This document shows, in pieces, positions 1 to 18,803 of a DNA stretch of 29,101 nucleotides (positions are counted from its first letter, which is position 1; every line of letters starts with the position of its first letter). The notes beneath the pieces were generated by a model. The model was not told the DNA's origin, ran no database searches, and was given only the letters and a program-made list of their open reading frames with translations. Where the stretch lies: contig JBHGNT010000390.1 in assembly GCA_043228905.1 (NCBI GenBank), positions 1-29,101 on the forward strand, read 5' to 3'. The stretch comes from Azolla caroliniana. Lineage: Eukaryota > Plantae > Polypodiophyta. Position numbers and translations under genes: made by a program.

Positions 1-412
1 ATGCATGTCTTCATGTCCTCCGAGATTGCGTCACGTTGACCTGGTAGAGACTACTTTTACAGCTATATTTGAAAACCCTTAATATCTTCAAAACCCAGCA
101 TAACAATCTAGACAAGTGTCCTCTGCTTGTTTAATTGAACTTCAACTCTCTTACAAATGCTCACGTCCTCAGATTGTCTTGGTAAATCCATCAGGCAACA
201 GACATAGCATACAGATGCACAGTTCATAAATGGATTACAGTAACAAAGTACACAGCTAAACAAAATCAAATAAGGAAATAAATCCAAGATGGGCATACAT
301 GTTCACATCAGAAGAACTATCATTTATATTAGACATGTATTAAGATTACACAAATTAACGGCTGTTGCATTAGACACATATAATTTTAAACGGATTATCT
401 TCCGTTGCATTA

Positions 413-7548
<7,136 letters not shown>

Positions 7549-8583
7549 CTCAAAAGGAGCTCCTAAAAGAATAGCGCTTTAAATAAGAGTGTTAGTGCAG
7601 AAGTTAGACATCATATGTTGCTTAACGCTTCCAAGTAAGATTGTTTTTCTTTGATTAGACATATTCTTTTGGAGTTGATAATGAAAACAACCCTTTGTAA
7701 AATAGTTAGCTGTGTCAATAATGACATGCCTCTCTACATGCTTAAAGTCATTGTAGGAATAGCAAGGCTAATGATTCCCTTCACTTTGATTACTCGCTAT
7801 AGACTACGTATCCTCTTTTGTTTGATTATTTTGCTAGAAGCAAATATCATTCCTTTGATTAGTTGTTAAACGCTGATATCACTGTTGATTCCTTTGTTTG
7901 AAATTAGAGAACATGCCTTCTAATACTTATTATAGACTATGGATCTTCCCTTTGATTGCTGTGTTTGGAGCACATATCATTCCCTTGGTTACTGGTTAGA
8001 CCAATTGCGCTTCCCATTCATTGCTTCATTTATTACGAAAATCAAAAGAATTTGAATCATTCTGATACCAATGATCAGGTTATAGATGAATCAACCACTC
8101 CTAACACAGCGTTGGACATTGTGTGGTTAATTTTCCACATAGAAACCACCTAGATTTTGAAGCATATGAAATAACATTTAGATTTTTAATGGATCTATGC
8201 ACATCTGCCTTTTGTAGTGCTTTCAAGTAGCCTTATTTTCCTTCACATCTGGAATGGAATCAAAGTCGGGTTGATAGACTATAGTTATTTGAAGAAAGGT
8301 GCTTTTTCGAGCTTCCTCAGCATAGAAACAGAAAATACTCACTTACTAGCAAACACGTAGATACCGAGACAAATATAGAGTAGCTTCTTCTATATTTGTA
8401 TAGTCTTCTTCTTCCTCTTCTTCGAAGGTCTGTGTCTCTGCTATGCTTCTCCTTCGTTTTCGTCCTCCTGCCCAAAGGCTACGGAAAATCCAGATTTTGC
8501 ACCGACATTGGCGACACTGTAGCAGGTCTTCTGCTACTTCTCTCTCCATCGCTTACTTCCATAACCCAATCCTTTCTTTCTCC

Positions 8584-8613
8584 TTCTTCTTCTTCTTCTT
8601 CTTCTTCTTCTTC
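8584..8613 (+). repeat. (TTC)10 microsatellite in leader exon
   Basis: Direct reading of the sequence. Confidence 0.95.
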
Positions 8614-8663
8614 GTCTGTAAAGAACAGCAAGTGTAAGAAGCTTCCTTTTGCCCCCCAACCCC

Positions 8664-8717
8664 TTCTCTCTCTCTCTCTCTCACACACACACGCTCACAC
8701 TCACACTCTCTCTCTCT
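8664..8717 (+). promoter_or_regulatory. (CT)n/(CA)n microsatellite; GA repeat near the probable TSS of the kinase gene
   Basis: CT and CA runs are seen directly. GA repeats near plant TSSs are known BBR/BPC binding sites; function here is inferred. Confidence 0.5.
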
Positions 8718-10344
8718 ACCGCCTAAGCCTAACTAAGCCCAGATCCACACAGACAGAGGCCAAACAGGAAGCGAGAGATAAAAAGGGGAAGAAGCTTTTT
8801 TCAAAAACTGCTGTTGTTGTTGTTTGCTTGCTTTTGTGTAAAGAAAAGCCCTACGTCCATCCATCCATCCCAAAAAAAACCAAATAAAAATGGGAAGGAA
8901 GGCTTTCTTCCGCCCCCCCTCCTCATATGTACACATGTATATACCAAAATTCCCATGTTGACCTACACACATGCACACACCACTCAGCAAAACTTGACCG
9001 CTATGCAAGCCTCTAATAGCTAGGAGTTGGGAAACCCTACCCTGAAGACACGCCCATACCTTCTCTCTGTTTATCTTTATCTTTTCAGCCCCCCTCGAAA
9101 AGGGACACCTACTTTTAGACCTAATGAAGCATCCTTCGTTGCCTTGCATCTCTGGTTGACCTCTAGTCGTTTCTCAAGCAAGTGTTCCCCTTACCTTATT
9201 TGTTACGGACCTTTGGGGGATATGTACGTGTCACGTTTTAAGGTATCTTATGAGAAAGATAATATGTATGAAGTTACCATTGGCATAATGCATATAGCTA
9301 GGACTACAGTATTTACTATATATATGTAGCAAGAGGGAAACATGTCATGATTATCTATGTGTGATATTTGACCCTCACAAACTATTGTGAACGATACCTA
9401 GAATGAGATCCACTACATGTCAAGTGAATCATTTAATATTACAAACATTGGCTAATGTCATTCCTAATCATTCAAAAAACAGGTAAATTTTCATTGTACA
9501 TCATAACTACTAAAGAGTACACTCATGCTTGCCAAAACTAGGAGATTTGGCAAGGTTATATAAAGCTCGAATGTACAAGCTCGGGTTGCTAGTGGAATTG
9601 CAAACTTTGCTAAATATGAATCACATCAAGTTGTACAAGGTGAGACTCATTTTGTTTTTTCAACTTATTCTAATTTATAAATTCATGACAATGTAAATGT
9701 TGTCTTTGAGATTCATTATGGTTATCACTTTTGTTGATTGATTTGGTCATTTTTACAGAATCTAACATAGAAGACTTCGCTAAGGCCAAGGCCTTCAAAG
9801 AGCTAGTTTAAATATTGACAAAGAGTGATCATGAGGACATTCATGACTGCACATATCAAGCTATTTGTGCCAATCCAACATTGCAAGCAAAGCCTACGAA
9901 ATTGAGAACCCCATCTTTTTTATTGTTCTTGTGACACAACATATATCTTAGCATGTCAATACTATAGGTAACGATCCAATGATCTTGTAATATTCGAAAC
10001 TATATTCAAATTATACAAGCCTCATTTTTATTTTGGATGTATGATCCCATATGTAAATCTTTCAGTTACATGCAAGGTAGAGCTCATGGTACATTGAACT
10101 CCTATAATGGAGATTATAAAAAAGCAAAATTCATGTGTACATCAGTTTAACTTATATGATCTTGGCTCCTATTATGGTAAGATTTCCACCATGAGATGCC
10201 TTTTTGCTCATAACAACATTTTGTAATTTTTGTGAAAAAATGGTGAGCTTTATTTTAGGCCTCCAATTCTTTGATATGGAACCTTTTATTTATTGCTATA
10301 TGTTATAATGCATCAAGAAATTTTTTTGATAATGTGTTTCATAC

Positions 10345-10536
10345 AAAAACCAAAACCAAAACCAAAAACTTCTAGAACTGTTTCGTTTAGGCTTGAATTT
10401 TGTGTAAAAGGTTTGGTTTGTACGGTTTTGGTTTAGACGATTTCGTGATTCGGTCTAGTTCGGTTTAGTTTCAACTTTTTCTTAATTGTTCAGTTTGAGC
10501 CGGGTTTGAGACTTCCAAACCAAACCAAAACGTTGC
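10345..10536. mobile_element. Degenerate DNA-transposon terminus with AAACC(G)/CGGTTT subterminal repeats (hAT/MITE-like remnant)
   Basis: Dense cluster of AAACCA/GGTTT/TTCGGTTT motifs in both orientations; no TIR pair or TSD identified. Confidence 0.45.
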
Positions 10537-12260
10537 CGATTGGGATGATAGGCAACTATTTTGAGACAATCATTTATGCATCTTTGATGGTCCTTCTAGC
10601 TTCCAATACTGGCAATACTCCTAAGGCTATGAAGTTCATGTTGAGGGATTGTGCACATGTTATAATTATCATAAGCAGCATCACCACCACAATGTTTGAC
10701 CATTAGGTTCAAGATAGGACTTTTGAGAACACTCCGATGTGTTCTCTTTTCCAACCAAGACTTGAGGTAGAAAGACACATTGTAATTGGTTTGAATTTGA
10801 CTTGAATGTTATGTGTGAGTTATTTCTCTTATTGTTTTAATAGTTATGCATTGTAGTTTATAGTTTACAACCATTGTCATTGGCACATCATTGGGAATTT
10901 ACATAAGGTTGAAGAATGCATGTATAAGCAACATTGTATTGTAAATCTAATTGGTGGTGACATCTTAGTATCACATATGAAGGCAATGAACTCATAATGT
11001 ATAAAGGCATTGCTTTCAACCTTGTGGTATAGCATGTAGTGTCTTGTTTAATTTTTAGGACAAGATAATCAATACAAAGGAAGTGAAACCTATTTATTTA
11101 TTTAGACAAACAAGCATGTAAGATATACCTTCACATTATTGACAACAAATTAACAATATTTTATAGCAAAACAAACCCATTATTTGTGAATGTATTTAAT
11201 TGTTTAACTTTCCAAAATCTCAAGGTCATGGATGGTATATTTAAACCTTATTAGAAGTTATATAAAACTCAATCATAATTTTGTAATGTTTGATGGATTA
11301 TAAATATAATCCCATGACTATGAGAACCACTTACCAACCACATGATCTCGTCATAAACTAAGATTTCAAGCTGGTCAATTTTTTATATTAATTGAAGCAT
11401 TTCGAAATTCTAATTATACTTCCAAGAAAGCGTTGAAAGCTTGACTCGAAAATGTAATGTGTAAGGTTAGTATGAAGTACAAGTCATACATGAAGAAACA
11501 ATTGTCAAATTGTGATGGTTTTCTTTTCTAGAATGCATCACATGTGCTTTTCACAAATATAAATTATTCGAGAAAATTAGGTCAACACAATGTACATGAA
11601 GTTCTAATGAAACAATAAATAACTATTTGTTCCAAGTTTATAGATATACATAAACTTTGATCTATATCTTATTATATTTTTTCAAGCACATGTGACTATA
11701 TATAGCGTGAATTGGAATTTGTCTTGTGGCCATTGCATAATAATCAAACAATTCAACTAGGCCGGTATGAAGAAGTTATCAAAGCTTGCATACACTACGC
11801 CTTTTCTTCTATTCTAATGAGTTTTCAAATGACACATGGTAAATAGGTTTAAATTACAAAGTTGCATATGTTACTTGAACATTTGGATGAATGGATATAC
11901 TTTTGATACCTTGAAATATCCTATTGCCTCATATTGATACCTTCAAGTACTTTATGAAGTAGATTCACTTCTTTCAATCTTTTAGCACTGAAAAGAGTAG
12001 TCAATCAAAGGTTGCTCATAAAATGTGTCTTTCAGTCTTTTGTTTGGTAAATGATAAGAAATCATGGAAAATTTACTACATGATTTGCAAATATCTTGTT
12101 TTCTCAATCCAACATCTTAGGTAATTTGTCCTTTTCTAGTTTTCCTTCCAAGCCGAGCATGCAAATATGAAGTAGTTACTTTGTGCCCAATATTTTTTGT
12201 AACACAACAAGAAGTTGATGACTTTAGACAATACTAGTGATTTCAAACAAAGATAATATC

Positions 12261-12434
12261 ACCACAAGAAGGATAACATATTTATGCTTAACTAACTGGG
12301 AAATAATTACCACAAGAAGGATAACATATTTATACTTAACTAACTGGGAAATAATTACCACAAGAAGGATAACATATTTATACTTAACTAACTGGGAAAT
12401 AATTACCACAAGAAGGATAACATATTTATACTTA
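12261..12434 (+). repeat. 48-bp minisatellite, ~3.6 near-identical copies
   Basis: Unit ACCACAAGAAGGATAACATATTTATACTTAACTAACTGGGAAATAATT starts at 12261, 12309, 12357, 12405. Confidence 0.95.
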
Positions 12435-13899
12435 CTTCTTTGTGCGTAAATATCTTACCCTGTTCTACATTCATGAATGTTGTTGCATGTGTATGAAAAA
12501 GAGAAATGTTTGGTTCCTCCCTCATGGTGTGTGTGTGTGTGTGTGCGCGCCCTTTGTCATTTTCTAATGTCATCAATGAATTTTTATGTGGGAATTTTTA
12601 TGTGGTATGTATTGTCATTGTTAGTATTCATCGTAGTTTTCCTGCGATGACTAAATTCAATTATACACAAATTTTTAGCAACCACAATAAATTCAACTAA
12701 AGCATGCATAATAAAGCAATTCATAAATTACAAAAAATAAAAACTTCTCCAAACATGGATAGTGTGCATAATAATGTAGGTTACACTAGTTGACATACTA
12801 ATAATATCATGTGTAGCCCAAGGGAAAGATGGATTAGAATGATAAGATAAGAGTGAACAATGGATTACAATGATATCTAGAAAGATAAGATGGTAATTGA
12901 TGATAGTTTTAGCCATGGCACGAGTCTTACACTTGTCATTTTTGTTAGTTTGTTTTTTGTACCAAAAAATAATAATCTTCATTAGTAGAATTTTGCATAC
13001 ATGATGAAATGATTAGGCTAAAACATTACAATGACCTATGGAAACTACAAATAATGCAATCTAAGATTATTTTCACCTTCTTGCCCAACGTTTTTGGCAC
13101 TAACTTCAAGCCACAAAGCTATTACCCTTGTTTGCATGCACGTGATCAATGCATTCCATTGTGCAATATCTGTCGTAGGCATGGTTACACAAACCTCTTT
13201 TTCCTTCAACCAAAGTGCCACATGTTATGGACATATTCAAAATATTGTTTTGCAAATAAGAATGGGGTCTCTCATTGGGGAATCTGCATGAGCATTTCCA
13301 TTGACCTTTCTTTACAAGTCCTTGCAATCTGTATTTTTTTTCCATAAAAACTATACTACATTGGTATTAAAATTAAGAATGCCAAAGGCAATCTACAATT
13401 TGTACATAATAGTTTCCACTCCACAAGTATCTATAAAAAAAAAAAGACCAAATATAAACGATGGCCTTTGGCAAGATAAGGCTAATTATATCCATGAAAA
13501 CTCTCTCACCCTTTGCCAACAAGACCCATTCTCAACCTATAAACAAATTATTGTGGTCCAAGAGAATACATATCTTTACATATCTTGGTGGTAATCATAG
13601 TCAACATACCCTGGCTAGTACTCTAAAAACTCCATGTTTGCATTTGGTTATGCAAATACTGAAGTTGTTCACCATCACTTGGCTGTACACTAGGTGATGA
13701 TATTTGACAAATGTTTTGTACACAACAGTTGAAGACACCAAAGTAGTTCATGATGCACTTGACGCTTGGGGTAAAATGTGATGGGCTGCATTGGATAGCC
13801 CCCATCTATCATCTCCCATATCAAGACGACCATATCCTTCTTATCCATGAAAATTGAAAATGTACTTGTAATAATCTCCCTATAAAACAAGATGAACTA

Positions 13900-14387
13900 T
13901 GTCCTCCTCACCTCACACCATTTGCTTCAATCCCCACACCATCTTCGCTCAACCTTAACACTAAACAAAATTATACTTCATTCGGTCCGCATCAACCATC
14001 CCGCCGCTTACTACCAAGGTCATCCCCTCATGATCTACTTCGGTCCCCCCCCCCCCACCATCATCACTCCTAAAAATAGACAAATTGCTTCATTCAGTCC
14101 ACATCAACCATCTCGCCAAATACCACCAATGTCCAGTGCAAATAACAACAAAATAAGTGAAAAATGATTCCTCATCCCCTCATGATATTCGTCAACCCTC
14201 ACACCAACACCACTCATCCTCTTGTCGTGACAAACATGCTTCAAACCCCATTGCCATCATCCCACAACCTATGAGAACCATAATATCTTCTTAACTCAAC
14301 CCATATCTAGAGCACCTCGTTGACCCTATTGTCATCTCACCAATTACCGCGATCTTGTACTGATTGCCATAAATGAGTGAAATAAAT
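13900..14387 (+). repeat. Degenerate array of the ~167-bp C/A-rich repeat family (left part of array 1)
   Basis: Shares CCACCATC..CTCATCCT, CTTCATTCAGTCCACATCAACCATCTC and TTCCTCA..CTCATGATA blocks with the 25.0-26.0 kb array. Confidence 0.75.
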
Positions 14388-14784
14388 TGTTGAGAGACAA
14401 GCTCAACATTCGTGCATAATACGATGCGTAACCTAGTGCGTAGATTGGGTGCGTAAATCGGTACGCATAACATGGCCGTATCAGTGCGTAAACCGGAAGG
14501 CTGTTAGTATGATATTCCTCGTAAGGAATATTTTTGGGAGTTAGTGTAGAGCTCACTTATGAGCATTGAAGTACGTGTTAGTATTTATGTCAGTCAGTAT
14601 GGACTTGTATAAAAGTGCTCACTAAGCACATCCTATGTACAGATTGAGTATTATTTTGAATCTAGTTTTTCTGTGTGTTCTCTCTCTGTGTCTCTCCCGC
14701 GTACTGTGCATATACAAGCTCCCCATTAAACCTGTGTATTTTCTGTGTTCGGTTTCCTACTGCTTCTGCACGCTATTCTTTACA
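14388..14784 (+). mobile_element. 5' LTR (~397 bp) of a Ty1/Copia retrotransposon
   Basis: Begins TGTTGAGA, ends TCTTTACA immediately before the PBS; TATAAAA-like box near 14608 and repeated TGCGTA motifs. Confidence 0.8.
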
Positions 14785-14796
14785 TGGTATCAGAGC
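14785..14796 (+). promoter_or_regulatory. Primer-binding site complementary to initiator tRNA-Met 3' end
   Basis: TGGTATCAGAGC directly after the LTR-terminal CA. Confidence 0.92.
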
Positions 14797-14867
14797 GCGA
14801 TGGTTGAGAACCTTTGCAGCCGACATAGCTTGAAAGGGAAACAAACCAAGAAGAATAGGTAAAACTG

Positions 14868-16002
14868 ATGGATAGAGGTATGGCTAGCTCGCTTCCGACG
14901 GAGAAGCTCGACAGAAACAACTACACGTCTTGGTCCTACAAGATGCACCAGTACCTGCTCGGGCACGGTTACTGGAGCTATGTTGATGGAGCAAATGACA
15001 CAGCACCCGAATCGACACACAAAGATTTCCTGGTGTGGGAATAGTCGGCGAGCAGAGTACTGTACTGCTTCACATCTTGTGTGGGCGAACAGCTCCAAAG
15101 CTACATTTGGGATGCAAAAATGCCAAAAGATGCTTGGGGAAATCTGAAGAAGATTTCCGTCACAAGCACTACATCTAGGAAGCTTCAACTCCGATAGGAG
15201 CTGAGCAACCTACAACAACGTGATTTGTCGGTGGTTGATTACACCTCGAAGATCAAAGATATATGTGACTCCTTAGCCTCCATCGATGTGAACGTTGAGG
15301 AAGGCGAGATGGTGCAGATCTATCTCGGGGGATTGGCATCGAAGTTTGGAGAATTCCGAACTACTGTGTGTACACGGGAGAATACGTCGTCGTTTTTCGA
15401 CCTACAGTCGATGCTCCTTATAGAGGAGAACCACGTGGGTGCGTCGACGAGCACTCATGCCGACAACAAGATGTTGTACATGGAGGGAGATAGGTCCCGT
15501 GGTCGTGGCGGACGAGGCGAGTCGGTGCGCAATGGAGGCGGTCGACGGGATCAAGGACGAAGGCACCGAAGTGATGTCGACAACAATTCCAGACCCTCCG
15601 AAAATAGGGGGAGTCGAGGCGACGAGAACCGGCAAGGGAAATCCGTTGTGGAATGCTGGTATTGTGGCAAGAAAGGCCACAAGGAGAGCAAGTGCTGGAA
15701 GAAGCGCGCTGATTCAAAGAGGACTGGATCCGGATCAGGCTCCGGACAAATCGACAAAGGAAATTGGCAGCGATCGCAGTACGCCGCAGGGTCCGGAAAA
15801 GCTGGAAAAGGGTCAGCCTTTGTGACGAGACACGAATCAAACACGATGAAGATGTCCACCCCGAAATCGGACGAGGTGTGGTACGTCGACTCCGGGGCAT
15901 CGAACCACATGACGTGCCACAAGGAGTGGTACTCATACCTTGAGAAACTGATGCAGCCGGGAGTAGTCGCAACCGGAGACGACACTCCGCATCCGATCGC
16001 CA
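14868..16002 (+). pseudogene. Copia gag-protease pseudogene, truncated before integrase/RT
   Basis: MDRGMASSLPTEKLDRNNYTSWSYKMHQYL (Copia gag N-terminus), two in-frame TAG codons, zinc knuckle CWYCGKKGHKESKC, protease WYVDSGASNHMT. Sequence switches to the repeat family at ~16003. Confidence 0.9.
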
Positions 16003-16456
16003 TCATGACAAATATGCGTCAAACCCCATTGCCATCATCCCTCAACCTATGAGAACCATAACATCTTCATAAGTCAGCCCACATCTGAAGCATCTCGTTG
16101 ACCTTCTTGCCATATCGTTGATTACCTTGAAAATCCTGTTACACAAACAACCAACAAATGAATGGAAAAAATTCCTCACCTTCTCATAATAATTTGCTTC
16201 AGCCCCCCCACCAACATCACTCATCTTGATCACAAAAACAGAAAACCAACTTCCTCATGTCCACATCCACCATCTCTCTATCTCTGATTATCATAGGAAT
16301 TTCGCCGAATACCCCTAAAATCCTGTACTAACAACCAAAATTGAGTAAAAAAAAATTCCTACCTTCTTATACTACTCTACTTCAGCTCCCACAACATCAT
16401 CCCTCATCCTGATGTCCACATCCACCCTCTGGCTATATTCGATTATCATCAACACC
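16003..16456 (+). repeat. Degenerate array of the ~167-bp repeat family (right part of array 1)
   Basis: 16003-16170 is homologous to 14224-14387; AATTCCT anchors at ~16170 and ~16354; shared GTCCACATC.ACC.TCT block. Confidence 0.75.
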
Positions 16457-17683
16457 TTATACATTAAAAGAGCCTTCCTACATGGCACAATCGTCTCCTC
16501 CATGTTGACTCATGTTGTTCGCAATAAGAATGGTGCCGAGGGGGGGAACAACCAACGAGGTGGTACATAGTTCCATCTAACCTCAACGCCTGCATCTAAC
16601 ATTATAGGAATAGCTAACCAAACTCGTCGCATTCTCCTTCTTTTTTGAATAGATATGTTTCCAAAACCCTTATAATTGTCATAATCACCTTTAACCGCAT
16701 GTACCAATAAGTTCCAAATTTTTTTTACATGATCCACAATGTGAGTGTCTTCATTATTGTATAACTTGGAACACCTAGCTTTCCAAAGAACCCATAGAGC
16801 CAACGAGGAGAGATTCTGCCAAACATAACTCCGCAAGAAGAATTTAATTCCCTGCAAGGAGCTTGAAGTAGAATATACCTGAAAACTTCTTACATGTAAA
16901 GACAAGGAAGAGTGATTATAATGATAAAAGGCCCTTTGTTGATCCAACATTCCCCAGAAAGACTACACCCCCCATGAAAATAGCCGACCTATACTTACGA
17001 CTTAGATGCCCAAGAATTTGACACCAAAAACTTTTTGTGGCAACACATTCCCAAAATACATGATGCAATGTCTCAGCCGCAAACCCACACATATATACAT
17101 GACCGATTACTCACCAATCCCCTCAACAAATCACCTACTAGCAATGCATTATTCATGCATTTAATTGACCAAAATTGTTTCCAAAACATCACCATATGAG
17201 AAGATGAGACATTACCTTCCTCCCAATACTTTTTTCTAGCAGGTATCGACTCGGTTTGCTTCAACATAAAATTCCTCCCAAACGCCACTGAATATGTGAA
17301 GAAAGGGAGAACCTTAGTCAAAGAGTCAGACATGGACAATTTCCAACCATAATCTGATGGATCCCATTGTAGGTTGTTAATTGGCCAAAAGACTAACACC
17401 CAAATATGAGATGAGAAATTAGCAATTAGTGGACTAGGATTGATATTTTTTTATTATCTAATCTAGCAATTACTCGCACTGGCAATTGCTTCGCAGTGGA
17501 CATGATTGGAGACTCCTCATCGACTAGTATCAACCTACCATTGCCCAGAATTTCATAAAAATAGAGGTTGCCATTTTGATGATATAATCAAGCTCCTATG
17601 AGTATATTGAGTGTTGAGAACATACCGCACCAACTCTGAAAATGATCGAATTGCAATGTTGGCATTGTGACGTGATACACCGT

Positions 17684-18803
17684 TGTCGTGAGGTTTTTCA
17701 CACACGATAGGAAAACTATGTAGAAAAATAATGAAATAATTATTTTAGATTAGATTAGTAGCTTGTTATAGAAAGATGGATGTACTAAAGAGCTTTAAAA
17801 CGCATTTCACTACATACAAAATGGAAGTTATGAGAACATGGAGTTTGAGAAGATAGGGAAAATAGAACTATGATTTATCCCACATAGATAGGAAACTTAA
17901 GGCCCTGGCTATATAAGCACATTGAGATCCCTCATTTTTCATTTGTGCAAAGAGCAGTTTGGCCACTTTGTCTAGATGGATGAATGTGACCAAGTTACAA
18001 AAAAAAACTAAACTGAAACTGGTCGGAAAACAAACCGAAACCGGCCGATAATCAAATCAAAACCGGTGAAACCGGCAATCAAATGGAGTCGGAAACTGGG
18101 CGAAGTCGACAACCGGAAACGGGAGACCGGACGAGGCTAGACGTGGATCGGACGGATTGGATGGGCGGCGATCAAGACAGATGGATGATAGGATCATGTG
18201 GCAAATTAAAGTAAAGTAAAGGAGACTAAAGTAAAGGCCATGTGAATGGTCGCATACAACTAAAAGAAAAAGCCATGCAACTAAAAATGGATGCAACTAA
18301 AAGTAGAGGCCATGCAACTAAAAGTGGGCATGCAAAGTAACATTGAAGGCTATAATCAACAGAGAACTCCATATATATTCCATTTTTTTTCCTCCACTCA
18401 TCCTCTCTCCATTTTTATTTTTTTTCTTTCTTAGTTCCCTTATCTTATCGAAGCCATAACACTCAAAAACCCTAATTTTCCCTACGGAAGCCATATCTCT
18501 CATATAACCTAACCCTAATTTTCCCTATGGAAGCCATAACACTCAAAAACCCTAATTTTCCCTACGGAAGCCATATCTCTCAAAACCCCTAATTTTTCTT
18601 TTCTATTAATCTCAGTAAACCTAAAACTTTTGAATCCCAATCTTGAGACATAATGTAATTTCTTTTCCTTTGTTAATGAAAATTATTAAATTTCTTATTT
18701 CCATTAATTGTTAAAAATATAAACGCACGAATTTGATATCCTCTGGTCGGAGGCCCCGTGGTCCTACCTCAAGTTCACGTATCCTCGTCGTATTTTCGCA
18801 ACA
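17684..18803. mobile_element. Solo LTR (1120 bp) inserted in LINE ORF2
   Basis: TGTCGTGA...TCGCAACA imperfect terminal inverted repeat; CCGT duplicated at 17680-17683 and 18804-18807. The empty site TACACCATGGACAA is present in LINE copy 2 (~27421). TATA-like CTATATAA near 17909. Confidence 0.88.

Larger units (their letters stand above)
8343..8720 (-). other. Probable non-coding first (5' UTR) exon of the kinase gene
   Basis: Purine-rich (GAA)n/(GA)n leader-like sequence ending in donor consensus GTAAGT (8346) / GTGAGT (8342), pairing with the acceptor at 7563. The 5' boundary (TSS) is approximate. Confidence 0.6.
8188..9550 (+). repeat. Arm A of inverted segmental duplication (partner 28133-29101)
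   Basis: Reverse complement of 28133-29101 aligns to 8188-8639 and 9059-9550; near-identical spurious ORFs MYSLLLPLLRR.. appear in both. Confidence 0.95.

Noticed and set aside
7640-8160. Short ORFs in the leader intron
   Set aside because: No ATG-initiated frame with recognisable domains; possibly an ancient retroelement scrap but unassignable.
8396-8887. 163-aa plus-strand ORF (and its 88-aa twin at 28627-28893) as a gene
   Set aside because: Antisense to the kinase leader, built from microsatellites (poly-Ser, His-Thr), non-ATG start; the twin exists only because of the duplication.
9226-9232. ABRE/G-box-like ACGTGTC kept in both arms (also 28478-28485)
   Set aside because: A single short motif inside a recent duplication is not evidence of function.
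9551-12200. AT-rich stretch as a gene or identifiable transposase
   Set aside because: Only short ORFs with no motif I can recognise; probably old TE debris but not supportable.
12261-12434. Regular 48-bp repeats as a CRISPR-like array or repeat protein
   Set aside because: Units are contiguous and near-identical with no unique spacers, in a eukaryotic context. The short ORFs on both strands are by-products of a 48-bp period.
15402-16006. Alternative-frame and antisense ORFs in the Copia gag region
   Set aside because: GC-rich shadow ORFs; only the gag-protease frame has recognisable motifs.
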